Assembly: GCA_002269645.1 (NCBI GenBank)
Contig: NIVC01001411.1
Coordinates: 1-64,000 of the forward strand
Length of the DNA stretch: 64,000 nucleotides
Origin: Macrostomum lignano
Lineage: Eukaryota
Direction of reading: 5' to 3'
Shown here: piece after piece, positions 46,801 to 58,597 of the stretch
Numbering within the stretch: the first letter of the stretch is position 1
Layout: each line of letters starts with the position of its first letter
Notes under the pieces: model-generated
What the model was told of the DNA's origin: nothing
What the model saw: only the letters and a program-made list of their open reading frames with translations
Databases searched by the model: none
Position numbers and translations under genes: made by a program

Positions 46801-49686
46801 AAGACTTTAAATGCACTTATTGAAGGAATAAGTGTTAAGGAGCTTATAGGAGATCATTTAAAAGCAGAAGTTCATTGAAGACACTATTTTATTTCGTTGG
46901 AAGAGAAGCAGTTGTCCAACTTACTTGAAGTATTCATCGGCAGGCAGAATCCTATGCAGTTTGGTCACCTGGGTGAATAAGCTTTCGTTGTACAGACCCA
47001 ACAGTTTGGTCCCATTGTAGCAGGTGCCGTTGAGCTGCTGATCACTGAGGTTGCATGTCACCAAAGGCAGCCGAGAGCTGCAAACTGGAAGGTCGGTCAG
47101 GCACCAATGAAAAACATTATTTTGCAATGGTCATGATCTGAAGACAAAGGGCTTACGGGGCGTATTCCAGGCATTGTCGCAGCTGCTCCATGGCAGGTCA
47201 CTGTTCATTGAGGCAAACAGATAGTAGATCGATATAGCAATTATCATGTTGTAGTAGATGCCAACGATTGTGGACAGGTAGGTCATAGCGTAACCGACTC
47301 CTGAAAACACATTCAAGGATTTAGCATTGTAAATTTCTTTAAAGTACAAAGTAAACAACTCGCAGAGCTCAGATTCAGGAATTAGCTCGTAGAATTATTG
47401 CAAAATTTGAGAAAAAAGACGGAGACAGATTTCAGGACTGGTGAGTAGAAAAGAGGCGGATTTGAGCACTGAGAGAGGGGCGGATTCTAGTACTGAGGGA
47501 GGGGCGGATTGAAGTATTGAGGGAGTTGTGGATTCAAGTACTGAGGGAGTGGTGGATTCAAGTACTGAGGGAGGGGCGGATTCAAGTACTGAGGGAGGGG
47601 CGGATTCAAGTACTGAGGGAGGGGTGGATTCAAGTACTGAGGGAGTGGTGGATTCAAGTACTGAAGGAGGGGCGGATTCAAGTACTGAGGGAGGGGCGGA
47701 TTCAAGTACTGAGGGAGTGGTGGATTCTAGTTCTGAGGGAGTGGTGGGTTCTAGTTCTGAGGGAGTGGTGGATTCAAGTACTGAAGGAGGGGCGGATTCA
47801 AGTACTGAGGGAGTGGTGGATTCAAGTACTGAGGGAGGGGCGGATTCAAGTACTGAGGGAGTGGTGGATTCAAGTACTGAGGGACGGGCGGATTCAAGTA
47901 CTGAGGGAGTGGTGGATTCAAGTACTGAGGGAGGGGCGGATTCAAGTACTGAGGGAGGGGCGGATTCAAGTACTGAGGGAGGGGCGGATTCAAGTACTGA
48001 GGGAGTGGTGGATTCAAGTACTGAGGGAGGGGCGGATTCAAGTACTGAGGGAGGGGCGGATTCAAGTACTGAGGGAGGGGCGGATTCAAGTACTGAGGGA
48101 GGGGCGGATTCAAGTACTGAGGGAGTGGTGGATTCAAGTACTGAGGGAGTGGTGGATTCAAGTACTGAGGGAGGGGCGGATTCAAGTACTGAGGGAGTGG
48201 TGGATTCAAGTACTGAGGGAGGGGCGGATTCAAGTACTGAGGGAGTGGTGGATTCAAGTACTGAGGGAGTGGTGGATTCAAGTACTGAGGGAGGGGCGGA
48301 TTCAAGTACTGAGGGAGGGGTGGATTCAAGTACTGAGGGACGGGCGGATTCAAGTACTGAGGGAGGGGTGGATTTATGTAGTGGGGGAGGCGGCAGATTA
48401 AAGTCCTGAGGGAGGGGTGGAACTGAGGGGGCGGATTCATGTACTGAGAGAAGGACGAATTCAAGTACCGAGGTAATGTCAAATTTATAACTAGAGGTCT
48501 AAGAAGTACTGAATCACACAAACCGGTAAAGATGGGCGCGAACTCCCAGCAGGTGGCCGGGCCCTCGCTGGTGAACTGTCCCAGGCTGAGGTCCAGCAGG
48601 AACACTGGAACACCGCAAAGCAGCAAAAAGATGATATAGGGAACAAAAAACGCGCCACCGCCGTTGATGAAGCAGAGGTAGGGAAAGCGCCAGACGTTGC
48701 CAAGGCCGACCGCATAGCCCAGGCAGCTGAGCAGGAAGTCCAGCCGACCAGACCAGTTGCCTCTCTCTGGGTTCTCATCCACGCTGTAGTTGACCGGAGC
48801 TTCGCCGGCGCTAGCAGCCGCAGTAAAGTTGCCGAGGCCCTGCAGCGGCTCCTTCGGGGCCAGCTGCGCTCGAAGCTCTCGAATCTGGCGATCTCTCATC
48901 TGCGTGGGCGTCTCTCGGTGAACGCTGCTGCTGCTGCCATCCACGGAATCCTTGGAGGCAGCCGTGGCAAACACTTGCCGGCCACCGCTGCTGGTCGCAC
49001 TGTAGCGCCGGCTGGAGCGCCGCCGCCGCTGCTGCTGGCCATGCGGGCGCTGATGTTGTTGCTGTTGTTGCTAAAGTTGAGAAAGGTGGGAATCGAATTA
49101 TTTTTTCTGCTGTGGACACCTGGCACTGAATAACTGACCTTGACCCCAGACTGCAAGGCTCAGGACATGAGACATGGGAAAGCTGAAGAACACGTGAAGA
49201 ACACAAGACATAAGGCGCAATGGACAGGACATTGGATACAGGGAACGGGGCATAGGACTCTGAGCACAAGACAAAAGACACGAGACACAGGGGATACGAC
49301 ATGGGACACAGGGGGCACTGGACACAGGACTAGACGCATTATGAGACACGTGAAATTGGACTTGGCTAGGAGTCATGGACGGAGTTATAGGACCCCCATA
49401 GAGCATAGGACACGAGACGCACGCATGCAAACAGGAAACACAAGAAATAAATGCAGTGCAGATTGAAAAAATACTTAAACTACAGTCATGGCCTGCTCGA
49501 ATATGTAAAAAAGATGTGTACGCTGTTTAAGGAGAATCTCAGCGGTTACCGAAAATCGACTCTCCTAAAAGTCACCTCAAAGTCGACAGCACCGCCTCCG
49601 TTCTCGAAATTTCTGTACCGAGCGGCCCTGGCCAGAGGGGCCAGCAGCTGCCTCAGTTTGCTGCTCTTGGGCTGGTGCTCCGTCAT
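43801..49686 (-). CDS. SLC6 transporter paralog B; exons 49686-49576, 49070-48524, 47300-47157, 47084-46925, 46615-46119, 46033-45921, 45712-45414, 45316-45032, 44173-44035, 43920-43801; ~804 aa
   Basis: Same SLC6 motifs ([29 protein letters not shown]; [19 protein letters not shown]; LGVDSQF). Internal exon lengths 144/160/497/113/299/285 are identical to paralog A. All introns are GT-AG with consistent phases. The first and last exons are less certain. Confidence 0.9.
44470..44915 (+). repeat. 28-bp intronic minisatellite (gctgacctgccaatgaccaaggcggaat)
   Basis: About 16 units. Confidence 0.96.
47460..48440 (+). repeat. 24-bp intronic minisatellite (ggattcaagtactgagggaggggc / ..gagtggt)
   Basis: About 40 units in two main variants. 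Confidence 0.97.
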
Positions 49687-51804
49687 GCCGATGAGTTCCT
49701 ATCGCCCCTTAGCAACTTAGTTTCGAAATCAGCTCACTGAATAAACATGCTTTGCCTGCTTCAATCAAGGAGAAACTAACTGGCGGATTCCTGAGGAATT
49801 CAGTCTCCTGATCTGAAATTTCAAACCCATCCCATAGCAGCTAGACTACTGTACTTTATTGATTCCCCAGCCAGGTGAAGGAAGGGTTGAGCAGGGAGCT
49901 AAAGAAGAGAGCTGAAAACTCCTGCGCCTCTCCGCCAACAGCAGGACCGTACACTGTACAGGACGCCAAGCAGGACAAACCCACCACCTCTGCCGCATTT
50001 CCTTTACTTTTCTGTCCAACAGTGTACAGAGCCGCTAGATTCTCTGACCTGCACAGTGGATGAATGCCTGGGAAGCGGCTGACTCACTCGCCGCTGCGCG
50101 AAATCTATTGTACTTGAGCTACTGGTTGGCTAGTTGCTATAATGGGCGGTGTGCCTTTGAAATACACAAGAGAAAGCACAATAGTGAATGCTCTTTATTT
50201 CATAGGCTAGATTAATCTGCAAAAGCACCGTTAACAGCAGTTGTTGGACTTCAAGCATGCAAAGCATGCCTAGAGATGTTCATGGACTAAAAGCATTCCA
50301 GCCATATCGTGGCAGTTTTACACATTTCAAGGGCCTGTCTAGTTAATTAAAGGCAGGTAAAACCACAGCGTGAAAATGAGCTGTTCCCTTCTTCTTTAAT
50401 CCTAAAGCTAATGGCGTAAAGCCTTATTCTTCAGCTAAATTTAGTAAATTCGATGAACACAGCACTCACCAAGTCTGAGAATCCGTCTTGCTGCCTGGAA
50501 AATCTCGCCAAGAGGCTGCGCAGTTTCTGCATTCGTTTGTCGCAAAACTCGCATGCAAACTATATTACTCAGAGCGGTTTTGAGTTGCACTGCGCTGCGC
50601 CCAGCGAGCCACCCCTGCTGATGCTTATGTATACACCGTGAGAATATGAATTCAAATAAGCTGGCTCAGAAACTTTTTGTGCATTGTACAGGGCCTCGAG
50701 CACGCTTACAAGACCGGCTTGAGTTAATTGGGCCACTGCACTGCGCAACAAGTACTCGTGACTGAAAATCGTTTAAACCTCTGACTTCATCTCTCTGTTT
50801 TGTGCGAGTATATGCAAATTGATTGGAGCCAATTAGTCAGATTTGTAAAAAGTTGATTCTCATTCCACTTGAGACTACTTATTTTCTGTTTTGAAAAGTA
50901 GTACAGCAGGGTTAGAGACAAGCAACAATTATTTCATAACTAAGGCTTCATAAGAATGGTTCACGAGTAAACCAACTGCCGAGGCTGTCTAGTGCGAACG
51001 GCTTAGCGATCTGGGGGGTCTTTCTCGAAAGCAACTTACGATCGACCATAGACGTAAGTTGGGTAAGCTACACTTACGGGTTGCTCGAAGGGCTCGCAAG
51101 TTAGCTATGCGTAAGATTGATCGCAACTTTACGAGTTCGTAACTTTGCGAAAGACTGTTTTTCGAAACGTTCGTATGTCTATGGTCTTTCGTAGGGTTGA
51201 TCTTAACCCTACGACTGCTCGGTATCAGTCGTAAGACGCACTTAAGTACTAATCGCATGATAAATCGAGTGAAGCTTTAGTCAAGCCAAGTCAAGTTAAA
51301 ATATCGAAGGTGGGTCTTTCTCTAAAGCAACTTACGATAGACTAAGTAAAGATATTTGCAGATTTATGACCATAGACATGCAACTTTTCGTTTCAGATAC
51401 GACTTACGAACAGCGTAAGCCACGCAAAGTCTAAGTGAGTTTTGAAAAAGCGTCTTACGAGCAAACTTACGCTACACGTAAATTTCTTTCTTACGATGTA
51501 ACTTACCATAAAACTTACGTGAGTTTCGAGAAACACCCCCCTGGGGTTGGTGCAGTCAGCTAGATGGGCTGCGTCAGTTTGCATTGCACCAATCCCATAT
51601 GCGCTCATAGACGACCGCCACATCCTTGAATGTATCCCCCACTTGCCCCGGGCGAACGTCTATGGTCTCAGTGTAAATTTTATTTACTTGCATCGGTGCA
51701 GATAAACGGTTTATTTCACTCGCCCAAAAACAATATTAAAACGCTGCTTCTAACTGCTCACTTGGCTACATAGAGAGAATTGTCTGAAACAGCTAATTCA
51801 TCAA

Positions 51805-52214
51805 GCCACCAAGCCACCTTGATTGCATTTGCATTGCATAAGCCAGCACCCTTACCTTCAGCGGTCGACAGCTTCATAGAGCCGGCGATGTACAAAACGC
51901 ATTTGATATTGTATGGACGAAAAACAGTCCTTCAGAGTGCTAGCAGAGTAGCGTTCATTGCGCTTTGTACGCACCCCCAGAATGAAACTTTTAAGGAGGT
52001 AATTTAGATCACTCTTCGACATTTCGCTGATCTCCTTCAAAACCATTAGCGAGGATCCACCTCCAGTGCACCAGGCTGCTTTCTTCGCTTCGTGACATTC
52101 TTTAAACGTTGTAAACATCCAGCGACATTTTTTTAATGTATTTGGTGGAACCGTGCCTACGATTAGTCCTTCTAGTTCGTCTTCAGTCAGATTCACAAAT
52201 CTATCACTAGCCAT
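51805..52214 (-). pseudogene. Crypton-type (DUF3504/ZMYM-QRICH1-like) tyrosine recombinase N-terminal remnant
   Basis: MASDRFVNLTEDELEGL...PPNTLKKCRWMF...EMSKSDLNYLLKSFILGVRTKRNERYSASTLKDCFSSIQY fits the Crypton N-terminal pattern (NT.k.t.w; eLn..L..Fi..vRk..g..Y...tL). A shifted frame continues SMKLSTAEGKGAGLCNANAI (mk.l...G.G...A). Catalytic part absent. Confidence 0.7.
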
Positions 52215-53026
52215 CGCAGTTGATTTTTTTTTTTCAAAACTAAGCAAAACCTTTTTCTCTGCATGTATATGTAAAGAAACTCTTTCCTTCTTGTCCTTCT
52301 CTGAGTAACAGCACATTTTGTGGCCATAGACAAAAACAGTATTCACCGCATGCAAGGAATTCTAAATCCTTAAAGGATATAGAATTCCTTGACCGCATGT
52401 CTGAATCTGCAGAATATGGTATAGAAATTCTGCTATAGACCATAGACATCAAATCATTTTTAAAAAATTGTCTTCACTTTCTTAAATTTGAGGGCTCTGC
52501 CCCCACACCCCCGCAGGGGGGCTAAGCGCCCCTTGACCCCGCTTTCCCTGTTACGCTGCTTCTACTTTTTTGTGTTTCTCTTCGGATGTCGGCTCTCATT
52601 GAATTCCCCGTCCTTCCAGAGGTTCCATGTCTTTCCGCATTGGTTGAACAAGTAGTATTGCAGCATGCTGAAATTAATCCTTGAACGTAGAAGCGCCATA
52701 GCGATCACCACGTTAATTTCGGATCTCTAAGATAAAACACTTAAGAACGTAGTTAAGATCGCGCTTGATCAAACTCGGATAGTCGGTTGCGGGTGCCAAT
52801 GGCAAGTCACTTAAGACAGCTTCGACTTCAACAAGACTAACTGATTAAAAGCAAATAGCTCGAAAATGTCACATAAAAGGTTTAGTAGAGATGGAGACAA
52901 CTACTCACTCTTAAATACCCAACACAGTCGTTTTTGTAAACGGCATCAAATCAACATTTTTCTATGGTTAAAATGTACAAAGTTACATTGAATATGGCCA
53001 AGCGGGGAATACAAGTAAATATGTTA

Positions 53027-53153
53027 TTTCCGTTTATTTTAGTCTATGGTCTGAAGCAAAAGCTTCTGACTCGCATCCAGGCCTTGGGCTCGCCTCGGCC
53101 ATGAAACAAGACCTCTGCTTTTGCTTCAGGCCAAAGAAATAAATAAACGGAAA
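53027..53153. mobile_element. Small fold-back/MITE-like inverted repeat
   Basis: TTTCCGTTTATTTTAGTCTATGGTCTGAAGCAAAAGC pairs with GCTTTTGCTTCAGGCCAAAGAAATAAATAAACGGAAA. Confidence 0.65.
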
Positions 53154-55174
53154 TTAACTTTAATTAAATGCCTTGAGAATTAGAGTGAGCTCCACGCGTC
53201 GAGGATTGCTCAAGTCAATGTACAGTTGGTTCAGACGGTCAGAGGTCACCAAGAGAGAAGAATGACGCACTGTTCAGCATGTTGGAATTCCATTGTCGAT
53301 TGACCCCTAATAGTACTTCGTAGATAAGACATTTGTACACCAGGCGGTAAATTTTGGTCATCTTATGGTTCCTATCTTTTCAATTTCCCATTGCGGGGTC
53401 AGAGGAGGGCGTAGCCCTCATATTTTATGAGCTAAATCAATTACTGTTTTTAGTTTACAGATTCTTTATCACGTAAGTTATCTGCGCCCCATGAGTTTGC
53501 TTTAATTGTATAAATAAATTATACATTGATTATGATCTGCTCTTATCTCTCTAATCTCGCAATTGGAGTTATAATAATCAACCATGTTGATACAATGTTG
53601 GAGACCTCCTGAGTGGGAATTTCGCAGTTCCTCCTTTCATTTTTCCAACATTTCGCTGTATAATGTTACATGTAATTGCCGTATACTCCTTATTGAAAAC
53701 TGAGCCTTGCAGTTTTTACATGACAAATATGGAACATCACAGTCACAGTATATCACCCTTTTATCCTCTCTCTCAACAGTATATCACCCTTCTATCCTCT
53801 CTCCCGAGTATATCACATTTCTATCTCCCTCTTTCACCAGAAATTATGGGGCGTGAACTTTTTGGTTGCTTGTGCAGCCCAGCAGCATCACCGTGAACCT
53901 CATGGGAAATTTCAGTTACTTTAATCGTTAAAAAACTTTCTGTGCACGACTGACTGCCATCGAAAGCTTCATGTGAAGGCAACAAAAAAGATGCTGGAGC
54001 GAAGTGATGTTGATCGAGAAGCCATATGCTGCGAAACTCCAAAAAGATAGGAAAAATTCATTTGAAATTCCCAATTAGCTGCGCCCTCCATTCGGTTGGG
54101 TGGTTGGAACAGCCTTGCCTCTTGTACCCAAATATTGAGGAATCGGTGCGCAGATGAGAAACAGATGGGCTGGAAGGTCATTCACAAGATCTGGCAACTG
54201 CATTTTTTGCAATCGGAGGCGCCAAAAGTCAGAAAGCAACAGCCGACAGCGTCTTCAAGTCGCAGACAGCTTCCCAACAAAATAGGGAAATTTTCCCACT
54301 TGGTTTCCAACAAACAGAAATGGATTCCCTATCCGAACGCCTGTCTGATAAACTTCTGCTGCTCCCTCACGTCTCTGCTTCCTTCGGTTCGAGCCCAACT
54401 GGCTTGGAAATGAAAACCGGGTTGGTTTGCTGACTCCGATTTCTCGTTCCGGCATCGCGCCCATTGAATTCCCAGAAGAGGATAAAGATGGCAGATTGTC
54501 AAATCTCTCCCCCCGGCCTCCGAAAGAACTTGGCAGAAATTGGAGAAGCGAAGCGGATAAGCCTAATGGCTGAGTGACAGCCACCCTGATTGGCAAATGG
54601 CGGCCTTGTTGGAAATGCCAGATCCCGTTTACTATCGGGTTAAGCACCCGTCTGGCAGACTGGCAGAGCTCGCATGCTGGCTTACTAAATACCAACTGAA
54701 CCAGCAACCGATGGGAAGCCCGTGCCCGGACCCATCTGGCTCGGATTCCATTCTGTCTCCATCTATAACTGGCTAGATTAGCAATCCATTTCAGTCCCTA
54801 ATTTGTAGGCTACGGCAGCAGGTTGTGCTCCTTCATTCAGTGGCCGCATTTAGGATCAATATTGCGCATTGTTTTATTTTATTGGCCCCTAATTTTTATT
54901 GCTTATAGCTGCCATCGCATTCTGATATTACTCGTAATCCGGCGTGGTTAACTTCCCAGCTCCCCAATGGGAAGGGCAAGCCGAGTCCAAATGTCACGAA
55001 ATTAGATTTCAGAAAAATGGCCGAATCAACCCAATGTTCGCCTTGGCAACTAAACTGTGTGTCCAACACTCGGACAGACAGACAGGTCCCTGGGGTGCCA
55101 ATTTTTGAGCAGTTGCAATTCCATGGAATAGATTTAGCAAACTTAAAACTGTAGGTTTGATACCGTGCGTGACC

Positions 55175-55288
55175 GAGCTGCAGATGAGCTGCAGATGAGC
55201 TGCAGATGAGCTGCAGATGAGCTGCAGATGAGCTGCAGATGAGCTGCAGATGAGCTGCAGATGAGCTGCAGATGAGCTGCAGATGAGC
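55175..55288 (+). repeat. 11-bp tandem repeat (gctgcagatga)
   Basis: About 10 units. Confidence 0.95.
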
Positions 55289-56198
55289 ATGCATTGAGGT
55301 GCCGGTTACTATCCAATTTGCTTTTTCTGCAACAATTTTTTCAGAAAAAAATTGCATCTCGGCACCTAGGTGTGAAGAGCGTGTGGGAGAAATTTTTGTT
55401 GCAGTTTTTTCTCGCGGCAATTTCTGCCACGACAACCCGGAAACCGTGAAAATTGTGGAATCCCTCGGGATTTCCGGTTTCGAATGACATCCCAGCCTGA
55501 AAAAACTCGCGGCAGACTGCAGATGCGCCAGCGATTCAATTTATGGACGGTTGCATTATTGATGCCTGCCCAAAATTGCTGGTCCAGTGCAGCGCTGCAT
55601 GGTGTGACGGCATGGCAACTCGAACTGCGCTGCTCTGCTTTGTACACGGCAATGAGTAGCATTTTTGAATAAAATAATTCTTTGAGGATTAAACAATACC
55701 TGCTCATCAAACTGTTTCGAGATACTTCAGTAATAAAGGTGTGCCCAGCAACACAGATGCCGCAGTCTTAGTATAGTAAAAGCAAGTAGAATAGGTAAAA
55801 ATTTGTTTTTAATGGGTAAAGCAGTTTTAACTTTCATCGCTTCATCGCAGTGCAAAAATGATAATCAAAAAGTGCAAATAGGCGGTCCGTTCAAAAGACA
55901 AAAGCAGATATTAGAAATAAACTTGAGAAAGAGGCATGACGTGTCGGAGCAAAAACATTCTCCAAGGCTGCGTTCGAAGAGTTTGAACCAAGTCTAGATT
56001 AGCATTGAGCGCCAATGCTTTCTAGCGAACCCAAACGGCTGGTGAGTGACTGGCATTGCGCTTCCGCCCTACCACCTAGAAAATACCACCTAGATTAGGC
56101 TGCGACGCTCCAATTCTTAAGCGTCTGCATTTTTCAGCAGTAAACCGCGCGCCCGACACATCCACGTCGAATCTGCTGTGGATGTAATCTGCATCCAC

Positions 56199-56592
56199 AG
56201 AAAGCTCTGTCTAGGGTAGTCCGGTCTTGAAAAGCTAGTCTGGACTTGGATTTGGTATGCAGAAACACTAAGTTAGATCGGTCAACTATAGACAGAACTA
56301 AGGTAGCTAGACCATAGACTATAGACTGAACTACCCAAGTCTGGACTAGCTAGTCTGGACTAGGCTTTATACATACGGCCCAATAGGTATAAAGGCCAAT
56401 AGGCCCAATAGGCCGTATGCAGAAAGCTTAGTCCAGACTAGCTAGTCCGGACTTGGGTAGTTCAGTCTATAGTCTATGGTCCAGCTACCCTACTTCTGTC
56501 TATAGTAGACCGGTCTAACTTTGTGTTTCTGCATACCAAATCCAAGTCCAGACTAGCTTTTCAAGACCGGACTACCCTAGACAGAGCTTTCT
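56199..56592. repeat. ~394-bp palindrome (fold-back element)
   Basis: Arm AGAAAGCTCTGTCTAGGGTAGTCCGGTCTTGAAAAGCTAG... is the reverse complement of ...CTAGCTTTTCAAGACCGGACTACCCTAGACAGAGCTTTCT. Arms are ~175 bp with few mismatches around a short ccaatagg-repeat loop. Confidence 0.95.
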
Positions 56593-56860
56593 ACATACGG
56601 CCCAATGTCTCTGGCATTTCACTTGCTGGCGCGCGAAAAATTCTAAATGGCCTGTCCCGAATCCCCCACCGCTGAGCGCTCTGTTGCTGAAGAACAAAAT
56701 GCATGAAACAAAAAACTTAGTGCTCTTCCACAAAAAGTCATTTGTTTTCGTGTCTGACAAGCGCTTAAGCAATTTTTGAATTCACATGTACAGTATATTC
56801 TAGCGGTGCAGGTTCTCATGTTTGTCCTAAACGGAGGGCAGTGTGCGCAGAGAACACACG

Positions 56861-58597
56861 TCAGGTATGCGGCAGCTGAGCAGCCACAGTCCGCTTGCCC
56901 ACCCGGGCAGCAGCGTGGTTTGGCTGTGTGCCAAACTCTGCACAGACGCCCTTCTCCCATGGATCGACGCTAGGCATCAGCGGGGTCGCCTGCTCGAGGC
57001 CGATCGCTTCGACTCCATCTCCGCGGACGTCGCCGCCACCGCCATTGCCACCGCCGCTGCTACCGGCCCTGAACCCGTCAGTTCCTGGCGTCGGCGGTGC
57101 GACGGGTTGGAAGCTGAGGTACACGAATTCGATCATCTCAACCAGAAAGGCAGCGGTAAGGCCGATGCACAGGGAGCAGAGGCCGCCAATCCGACTCAGC
57201 AAAATGTTGATGTCCAACGTCAACTTCTCAATCTTTTTGATGACGTCCCAATTTTTGCGTCGAATCTTGATGTAGGTGTAGGAGTTCTGCTGCGACAAGC
57301 GGCTGTTGTAGGTCTTGGACTTGTATTGAGACACATTTTTGCGGAGGGTTTCCAGTAAATGGCGCGCTTCGTTGCTGTTCTGCGCTTTGTACTGGTCAGC
57401 CAGAGCCTCGATCTTGTTTGGCGACGGAATCCACTTGGTGATGGAGAGTGTCGATTCGTAGGTAAAGTATTTACACCTGGGAAAGCAGACCGAGGCTGAT
57501 AAGTTAGCCTTGAGCTTTGCCTCATTCTCCAGGGTATGCAAAACGCAATCTAACTTCTTTGACAGCTTCTCGAGGTCTTCGTTGTCGGACGTATCGATGC
57601 AGTAGGGCACTGTCGGGCTCGGTACCTGGATCACCGGCCCCAGGGAGTTGAGACAGCCGCACTGTTTCAGCAGGTACTGCTGCAGCTGAGCGTTGGCGCA
57701 GTGGTGGTAGTCGGAGAAGTACTCCCTGTCCAGATGCTTGATGTACGGCTGGTTGTCGCGGCACTCTTGTTTCGGGGTGCGCAGCTTCTGCCAGGCAGTG
57801 GTGGCGTAGTTCACCTCGTTCATTCGGCCCGGCTCCACGTTGAAGCCGCTCTGCGCAAAGTCTGGTATGACTCCTTGCTCGTGGACCGTGACCTTGACAC
57901 CCTCGCCTTTATTTAGAACGTCATAAAGAAAGCTATGGTTCAGCTGCTCAAGATCCTGAGCTGGCACTAGAGACATGACCACAACGATGGACTCGAAATT
58001 TTGGCTATCCTTGCTGTCCACGGTGAAGCAGTTGAAGAACTCACTGTGCGAGAACAGATTCACTGTGAGATTTTCATAGATGCAGTTTTCAGCAATAACC
58101 TGTTGACCGGGGGACATGACAACACAAAAGAACAAACTGCTCCTGTTGTGACTGATGGCCACGGTGTCATTGTAGCTCAGGTGCTGGTAGTACGTATCGA
58201 CGTTATCATAGGCGAACAACGAGGGCAATATGGTGTCGAGCAGGTCCTGGCTGATTGCCCGTTCAGAAATGTTGCGCAGCATTCGCTGGAACTTCATCGG
58301 CGTGAGCACGGCGCCGCTCTCCCAGGCAGCCTTGGCGGCCTGGCTGAACGGATTGTGAGAGCAGAGCGTGAAAGAGGGGAATGACGGCTTGTTGTCAAAC
58401 TCCGTCGTCGTGTGCCAGGCGGTGTCGTAGTTGAGGAAATCGCGCACAAGCAGCGCGGAGGTGATCACGAGCACGAGCGTCATCACAACGACGAAGATTG
58501 TCCACAGCGAGCGGCTGAACATCGACCGGGCCTTGGTGATCTTCTGCATGCCCCTGATGGACGAGGCCTCGCAGAACATCGCCCAACGGGTAGACAT
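56861..58597 (-). CDS. DEG/ENaC (amiloride-sensitive channel) family subunit, single coding exon, ~578 aa
   Basis: FCEASSIRG pre-TM1, TM1 (LWTIFVVVMTLVLVITSALLV), FPSFTLCSHNP, FFNCFT, GVKVTVHE...GFNVEPG, Cys-rich thumb (CANAQLQQYLLKQCGC...CFPRC) and TM2 LLSRIGGLCSLCIGLTAAFLVEMIEF. First ATG at 58597; the ORF track starts at TTG. Confidence 0.92.
   Translation of the reverse strand: MSTRWAMFCEASSIRGMQKITKARSMFSRSLWTIFVVVMTLVLVITSALLVRDFLNYDTAWHTTTEFDNKPSFPSFTLCSHNPFSQAAKAAWESGAVLTPMKFQRMLRNISERAISQDLLDTILPSLFAYDNVDTYYQHLSYNDTVAISHNRSSLFFCVVMSPGQQVIAENCIYENLTVNLFSHSEFFNCFTVDSKDSQNFESIVVVMSLVPAQDLEQLNHSFLYDVLNKGEGVKVTVHEQGVIPDFAQSGFNVEPGRMNEVNYATTAWQKLRTPKQECRDNQPYIKHLDREYFSDYHHCANAQLQQYLLKQCGCLNSLGPVIQVPSPTVPYCIDTSDNEDLEKLSKKLDCVLHTLENEAKLKANLSASVCFPRCKYFTYESTLSITKWIPSPNKIEALADQYKAQNSNEARHLLETLRKNVSQYKSKTYNSRLSQQNSYTYIKIRRKNWDVIKKIEKLTLDINILLSRIGGLCSLCIGLTAAFLVEMIEFVYLSFQPVAPPTPGTDGFRAGSSGGGNGGGGDVRGDGVEAIGLEQATPLMPSVDPWEKGVCAEFGTQPNHAAARVGKRTVAAQLPHT

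Noticed and set aside
47517-48523. ORFs with (PPLPQYLN)n, (IQVLREGR)n and (DSSTEGGA)n repeats
   Set aside because: These are translations of the 24-bp minisatellite inside an SLC6 intron bounded by canonical splice sites.
50450-50760. Short ORFs upstream of SLC6 paralog B
   Set aside because: No recognisable motifs or consistent splice structure.
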